Source of the DNA: Spirochaetales bacterium
Lineage (GTDB): Bacteria; Spirochaetota; Spirochaetia; JAIPGG01
NCBI GenBank assembly: GCA_021736255.1
Contig: JAIPGG010000006.1
Span: 1-60,160, forward strand
DNA length: 60,160 bases
Direction: 5' to 3'
Made by a program: the position numbers and the translations under genes. The stretch's first letter is position 1, and each line of letters begins with the position of its first letter. Under the pieces are notes generated by a model. It worked only from the letters and a program-made list of their open reading frames with translations. It was not told where the DNA came from and did no database searches. Shown piece after piece: positions 55,248 through 60,160 of this stretch.

Positions 55248-56945
55248 ATGGCTAAGAAAATTATTGTAATCGGCGGATCCGCTGCCGGACCCAAGGCAGC
55301 TGCCCGCGCTCGGCGACTCGACAATGATGCCGAGATCACCATCATCCAGAAAGCCCATGACCTTTCTATGGCCTCATGCGGTTTTCCCTACTATGTCGGC
55401 GGTTTTTTCGACGACAGAAATAAACTGCTCTGTACTCCGACAGGAGTAGTCCGTGACCCGACCTTTTACATGAAGACGAAAGAGATCTTCGCGAAGACGG
55501 ACACGGAAGTCACAAAGATCAATCGGCAGGATAAAACTGTCGAAACAAAAAACGTACAAACCGGGGAGAGCGAAACCCTCGAGTACGACAAATTGATCAT
55601 GGCAATGGGAGCCTGCCCCAAAATGCCTCCGGTTCCGGGAACGGAACTCGAAGGGATTACCACCCTGCAGTCGATGCCGGATGCAGACTACCTGCGCAAA
55701 GTCAGAGACGAAGGAACAATCAAAAAGGCTGTTGTTGTCGGCGGGGGTTTAATAGGAATCGAAACCTGTGAAGCTCTTCAATTAGCCGGAATCAAGATTA
55801 CGGTTGTGGAGATGCTGCCTCAGATTCTCATGTTCCTTGACTGGCAGCTGGCAAAAATCCTCGAGAACCATGTTAAAACCCACGCTGCAGATGTCATTAC
55901 CGACAATGCAGTCTCGGCATTCCTGGGAGATGAGAACGGGAAGCTCCGAGCGGTAAAACTTGCAAACGGGGATGAGATCCCGTGTGAAATGGCGGTTGTG
56001 GCCATAGGCGTCACTCCCAACACAAAGTTAGCCCGTGATGCGGATATCAATGTCGGAAAAACCGGCGGTGTTGTGGTGAATGAATACATGCAGACCAACG
56101 ACCCCGATATCTACGCGATCGGGGACTGTACTGAAGTTCCGCAGCGAATGAGCGGGAACAATGTACACGCACCCTACGGAGACCTGGCGAATCTGGAGGG
56201 CCGGGTTGCCGGAGAAAATGTTATCCAGGGAAATGTCGCCACATTCCCCGGAACTATCCAGACCGGCGTGTGCAAGGTCTTTGATTTTTCCGCAGGTTCT
56301 ACCGGCTTGTCCGAGGCTTCCGCCAAGAAGCTGGGTTACAAGAATGCGGTCAGTGTGGTTACCGCAGGACCGGATAAACCCGGGTTCATGGGTGCTCATA
56401 TCCTGATCAACAAAATAACTGCCGATACAGAGACAGGAAAGATGCTCGGTTTTCAGTGTATCGGCATGGGAGATGCAAGCAAACAGATCGGTATGGCGGC
56501 TATGGCTATCATGGGAGGCCTTACTATCGACCAGCTCGTAAATGCCGATCTCCCCTATGCCCCTCCGTTCTCGCTGGCAATCGACAACATCGTTGCCGCC
56601 GCTCATGCTATGCAGAATAAACTGCATGGTCTAATGGAAGGCCTGTCCGCCATTGAAGTAAAGAAAAAACTCGACAGCGGTGAAACACCGTTCATTATCG
56701 ACTGCCGCGGACCCGAGGAATGGGAACAGATGCGTCTTGGAGTGGGCGAACACCTTATTCCGGTGGGGGCCCTCAGAGGCCGCATAAAAGAGCTGCCGGA
56801 AGACAAAAACACCGAAATCATCACCTTCTGCAAGATATCCCTGCGAGGGTATGAAGCTGCACGGATTCTTGTAGCCAACGGTTACAAGAATGTAAAGGTA
56901 ATGGAAGGCGGCCTCATGGCTTGGCCTTTCTACCGGGAAAAATAA
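55248..56945 (+). CDS. CoA-disulfide/persulfide reductase with a rhodanese domain (Npsr/CoADR-RHD-like)
   Basis: GGSAAG, SMASCGFPY, GGGLIG, YAIGD, YAPPF; C-terminal rhodanese FCKISLRG..GG. Confidence 0.9.
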   Translation: MAKKIIVIGGSAAGPKAAARARRLDNDAEITIIQKAHDLSMASCGFPYYVGGFFDDRNKLLCTPTGVVRDPTFYMKTKEIFAKTDTEVTKINRQDKTVETKNVQTGESETLEYDKLIMAMGACPKMPPVPGTELEGITTLQSMPDADYLRKVRDEGTIKKAVVVGGGLIGIETCEALQLAGIKITVVEMLPQILMFLDWQLAKILENHVKTHAADVITDNAVSAFLGDENGKLRAVKLANGDEIPCEMAVVAIGVTPNTKLARDADINVGKTGGVVVNEYMQTNDPDIYAIGDCTEVPQRMSGNNVHAPYGDLANLEGRVAGENVIQGNVATFPGTIQTGVCKVFDFSAGSTGLSEASAKKLGYKNAVSVVTAGPDKPGFMGAHILINKITADTETGKMLGFQCIGMGDASKQIGMAAMAIMGGLTIDQLVNADLPYAPPFSLAIDNIVAAAHAMQNKLHGLMEGLSAIEVKKKLDSGETPFIIDCRGPEEWEQMRLGVGEHLIPVGALRGRIKELPEDKNTEIITFCKISLRGYEAARILVANGYKNVKVMEGGLMAWPFYREK

Positions 56946-56981
56946 TTCCCGCCAGTCTTCAAGTTAAACAGAAAAAACCAT

Positions 56982-57017
56982 AACGGCCGGTTGACTTATC
57001 AACCGGCCGTTTTTTTT
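56982..57017 (+). terminator. Intrinsic terminator
   Basis: AACGGCCGGTTGA-loop-TCAACCGGCCGTT followed by a T-run. Confidence 0.85.
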
Positions 57018-57069
57018 CGATGGTTTGATCAAATAGAACAATTTATGGATAATCAAAGCCTTGGAAATT

Positions 57070-58281
57070 ATGAGATCAAGTGAACGGAGCCGTGAAAAAC
57101 TACAAGTCACTTCCCTCTGCATAACAGCTTTCTTTGGAATGGCAGGAGGAGCAATGGTCTCTCCTACCCTGCCCGCTATAATGAACAGTTTCGGGGTGAG
57201 CGGCCGGCAAATCGGATGGGTTATGGGGGTTTACACGCTTGCAGCAGCGCTCTTCATGCCGGTGATCGGTGTACTGGCGGACCGCTTCGGCCGGAAAAAA
57301 GCACTCATCCCTGCCCTGGTCATCAATGGTTTGGCAGGCCTGGGAACCGCACTGAGCAGCAGCTTTGAGATGATTCTCTTTTTCCGGTTCCTTCAGGGAA
57401 TCGGCATCGCCGGAATGATGCCGCTGGTGATGACGCTGGTCGGCGATTTATACGATGGGAAGGAACGAGTCCGGGTAATGGGATCTATCAGCGCCACAAC
57501 CGGAATGGGTTCCGCCTTGGCACCGTTTATCGGAGGAATGCTTGCGGGCATCGTTTGGAGAGTTCCCTTTTTCCTCTACTTTCTGACCATCCCCTTGGCG
57601 CTTCTTATATTCTTTATTATCCCGAAAGAAGACCGGGCAGGCAAACAAAAGCCCCTTTCCTCGTATTTAAGTCTGTTCGTTTCGGCTCCGAACCGGGTCC
57701 GGATTCTGGGGATCATGAGTATGGCTCTTCTCTCCTTCCTTCTTCTCTACTCGCTGATCATCTATATTCCGCTGCTTCTTACCGGCAGCAGCTATGACCT
57801 TTCGGAATTCTGGGCGGGACTTTTTCTAGCTATCCAGGGGATAACCTCGGGCATTGTCTCCTTCCAAGCCCGCCGCCTGAGCGAAAAATTCCAGAGGCCC
57901 CACATCCTTGCCGCGGGTTTTACACTCATGAGCGGAGCGCTGTTCTTCATATTCTTCTCTTCCGCCTTATGGCAGATAATCACCGCGCTTCTGATTTTCG
58001 GCAGCGGTTTCGGATCGGTTCAGCCACAGATCAACACGTGGATCACAGAACAGGTGGGCGGCCCGCAGCGCGGAGGGCTTGTGTCACTTTTCAACACAAT
58101 GAAGTATGTGGGTCAAACCCTCTCCCCCCTGCTCTTCGGCGCGGTCCTGGCCGGCGTATCGGTAGAAATGGTTTTCGCTGCCGCCGGCATTATCGGTATA
58201 GCTTCGATTACAGCTGCATTCAGCCTAAAGTATACCCGCCCGCCGAAAACCGGTCCCACCCCACACAAGGAAGATGAATAA
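57070..58281 (+). CDS. MFS transporter (DHA1-like)
   Basis: GVLADRFGRKK, RFLQG, APFIGG, WR.PF; about 12 TM segments. Confidence 0.93.
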   Translation: MRSSERSREKLQVTSLCITAFFGMAGGAMVSPTLPAIMNSFGVSGRQIGWVMGVYTLAAALFMPVIGVLADRFGRKKALIPALVINGLAGLGTALSSSFEMILFFRFLQGIGIAGMMPLVMTLVGDLYDGKERVRVMGSISATTGMGSALAPFIGGMLAGIVWRVPFFLYFLTIPLALLIFFIIPKEDRAGKQKPLSSYLSLFVSAPNRVRILGIMSMALLSFLLLYSLIIYIPLLLTGSSYDLSEFWAGLFLAIQGITSGIVSFQARRLSEKFQRPHILAAGFTLMSGALFFIFFSSALWQIITALLIFGSGFGSVQPQINTWITEQVGGPQRGGLVSLFNTMKYVGQTLSPLLFGAVLAGVSVEMVFAAAGIIGIASITAAFSLKYTRPPKTGPTPHKEDE

Positions 58282-58335
58282 GGAATTCCCTTTCCGTCTT
58301 GAACCTTTCCGGAAAAGAGACTATCGTTTTTCTTC

Positions 58336-60105
58336 ATGCGCCGTGTATTCTCTCTTCTTGTATTGGTTTTTCTGTCACTACCTCTCTTCAGTCAAACGCT
58401 CGAGTTAGATACAGAACAGGCCTCCTACGATTTGTCCTCATCGATGAAGTATTTTTCAGATCCGAGCGGAGAGCTCAGCGCAACGGAAGTCCATAAAAGA
58501 CTCAACACCTTTCGCCCCTTTGACAGTGCATCATTACAAATACCGAGAGATGGAGCTGTCTGGCTTTATTTCACCCTCCACAACAAGAGCCGAAATACCA
58601 ACTGGATTATCGAAAACGCAATGAATGTCGAATTAATGGAGCTCTATCTGCGAAAGGAAGGGGCATGGAGCAGTGAGGGGCAATCGGGAAATATGATTCC
58701 CTTCTCTGAAAGAAAAACGGCAACCCGCACACCTGCTTTTGAGCTCGCCCTCCAGTCCCAGAGAAAGCATGAAGTACTGATCAAGGTATTCGATTATCAA
58801 TCTTCCTGTATACAACTGACTCTAAAGGATAGCAGCCGGTTCCGGAAGGATTACCATCGAGAGACACTTCTTCTCGGCCTTGCCTTCGGGTTTTTTGCCG
58901 CCTTTATTGTGTACAACCTGATTGTGTTCTTTTTAAACAGGGAACGATCATATTTACTCTATTCCCTTTATATGGCGGCCTTTTTTCTCAACCAATTTGC
59001 CCAGGAACGGCTCTTTGCCCAATATATACAGCCGGAACAGCCATACGGATTCTTCTGGTTCATTATCTTCGGAAGTGCTACCGCAGCCTTCGGTCTCGAT
59101 TTTTTTCGTCACTTTATCGGAACCCGCTCAAAAATGCCCCGGCTCGATTTCTCGATGCGCATACTCAGGACCCTTGCCGTGCTTCTAGGAGTATCGGCCT
59201 TCTTTTACTCCGGACCGATTTCTGCGGACCTGCTCAATATCTTGAGTATTGCCGCAATGGGGTTGATCTTCACCGTTCTTGCCCTCCGGATTCTCAAACG
59301 GGATCTGCTCGCTCTTTTGTGCCTTACAGGCTCTCTTCTCTATCTTGCCGGTACTGCAGCGGAAATTGTTATAACCCTCGTTCCCGTTCCGGTTACCTCC
59401 TTTGCCCTCCATGCACAACTCTACGGAGCCCTTGCCCAGGTCCTCTTCATCGGATTCGCCGTGGGGGCTAATACCTACCGCCTCCGGCAGGAAAATGAAC
59501 GAATACAACTCGAGTTTACCGAGAAACTCGAAGATATGGTTGCAAAACGGACGCAACAATTGAATGAAGCAAACCGGAAGCTCACCGAACATGCGGTAAC
59601 CGACCCCCTTACCGGGCTTTTCAACAGAGGAGAACTCGACAGGCGAAGCGAGGAATTCGACACCTACTTTGCCCGCAAAACCGAGGGCGATGTTAGGTAT
59701 GTGATCTCTGCTGCATACATCGACCTCGATAATTTCAAATATTGCAACGATACCTTCGGACATCATTACGGTGATGAAATATTGATCAAAACCGCCGACA
59801 TACTGCGGAAGAGAACGAGAGGCTACGACCTGCTTTTTCGGTTAGGAGGAGACGAGTTCCTCGTTTTGATGCCGGAGACAACATTACAGGAAGCATCCGG
59901 CATTGTTGAACGAATCCGCAGAGCAATCGAGTCTGAAGCAGATGATAAAGCGAAAATATCAGCATCGATTGGCCTTGCCTCAACCGAGAAAATGACAAAT
60001 CTCAACGTCGAACAATTGATACGCGAAGCCGACACCGCTCTCCTCTACTCGAAAAGAGAGGGGAAAAACCGTATTAGATTCCAAAATTATAGCAAAACAT
60101 ATTAA
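58336..60105 (+). CDS. 7TMR-DISM diguanylate cyclase
   Basis: Signal peptide, DISMED2-like domain, 7 TM segments (YNL..YLLYSLY), TDPLTGL.NR, DLDNFK, RGYD I-site, GGDEF. Confidence 0.92.
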   Translation: MRRVFSLLVLVFLSLPLFSQTLELDTEQASYDLSSSMKYFSDPSGELSATEVHKRLNTFRPFDSASLQIPRDGAVWLYFTLHNKSRNTNWIIENAMNVELMELYLRKEGAWSSEGQSGNMIPFSERKTATRTPAFELALQSQRKHEVLIKVFDYQSSCIQLTLKDSSRFRKDYHRETLLLGLAFGFFAAFIVYNLIVFFLNRERSYLLYSLYMAAFFLNQFAQERLFAQYIQPEQPYGFFWFIIFGSATAAFGLDFFRHFIGTRSKMPRLDFSMRILRTLAVLLGVSAFFYSGPISADLLNILSIAAMGLIFTVLALRILKRDLLALLCLTGSLLYLAGTAAEIVITLVPVPVTSFALHAQLYGALAQVLFIGFAVGANTYRLRQENERIQLEFTEKLEDMVAKRTQQLNEANRKLTEHAVTDPLTGLFNRGELDRRSEEFDTYFARKTEGDVRYVISAAYIDLDNFKYCNDTFGHHYGDEILIKTADILRKRTRGYDLLFRLGGDEFLVLMPETTLQEASGIVERIRRAIESEADDKAKISASIGLASTEKMTNLNVEQLIREADTALLYSKREGKNRIRFQNYSKTY

Positions 60106-60160
60106 AATGGATTGATTTTTTCTTTACGTTCACCATCATCCGATATAAATTTAAAATATG

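Overview
Gene-dense bacterial chromosome segment. It is probably from a free-living anaerobic spirochaete (inferred from Cys-less 'FAGGQQE' signal peptides on the binding proteins; not verified). I see no rRNA, tRNA, CRISPR array, transposase or integrase. From left to right it holds: (1) a degraded toxin-antitoxin cluster (YgiT zinc finger, frameshifted DUF4258-like toxin, orphan HicB) next to an un-called C-terminal remnant of an Fpg/Nei glycosylase; (2) two PAS histidine kinases; (3) a YtrA-type ABC/GntR operon; (4) sppA, a U32 protein, hisI, an HD-GYP gene that appears to start at ATA, and a polyferredoxin; (5) an M28 peptidase with a Dpp/Opp transporter; (6) msrA, a radical SAM gene and a MinD-like ATPase with a large insert; (7) a ~25 kb deoxy-sugar catabolic region; (8) patatin, a CoA-disulfide reductase-rhodanese, an MFS transporter and a 7TM-DISM diguanylate cyclase. 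The sugar region (29086-53960) is the best candidate for an undescribed system. It combines fucose isomerase, a kinase, a mutarotase, a sugar ABC transporter and an AraC regulator built from a duplicate of the transporter's own binding protein. It also holds three URO-D/MtaA-like Zn enzymes with no corrinoid partner, and an atypical glycyl radical enzyme (Cys loop GCQW, Gly loop VKVTGYS) with its activase and two uncharacterised accessory ORFs, one of them Cys-rich. All calls come from reading motifs; no searches were run.
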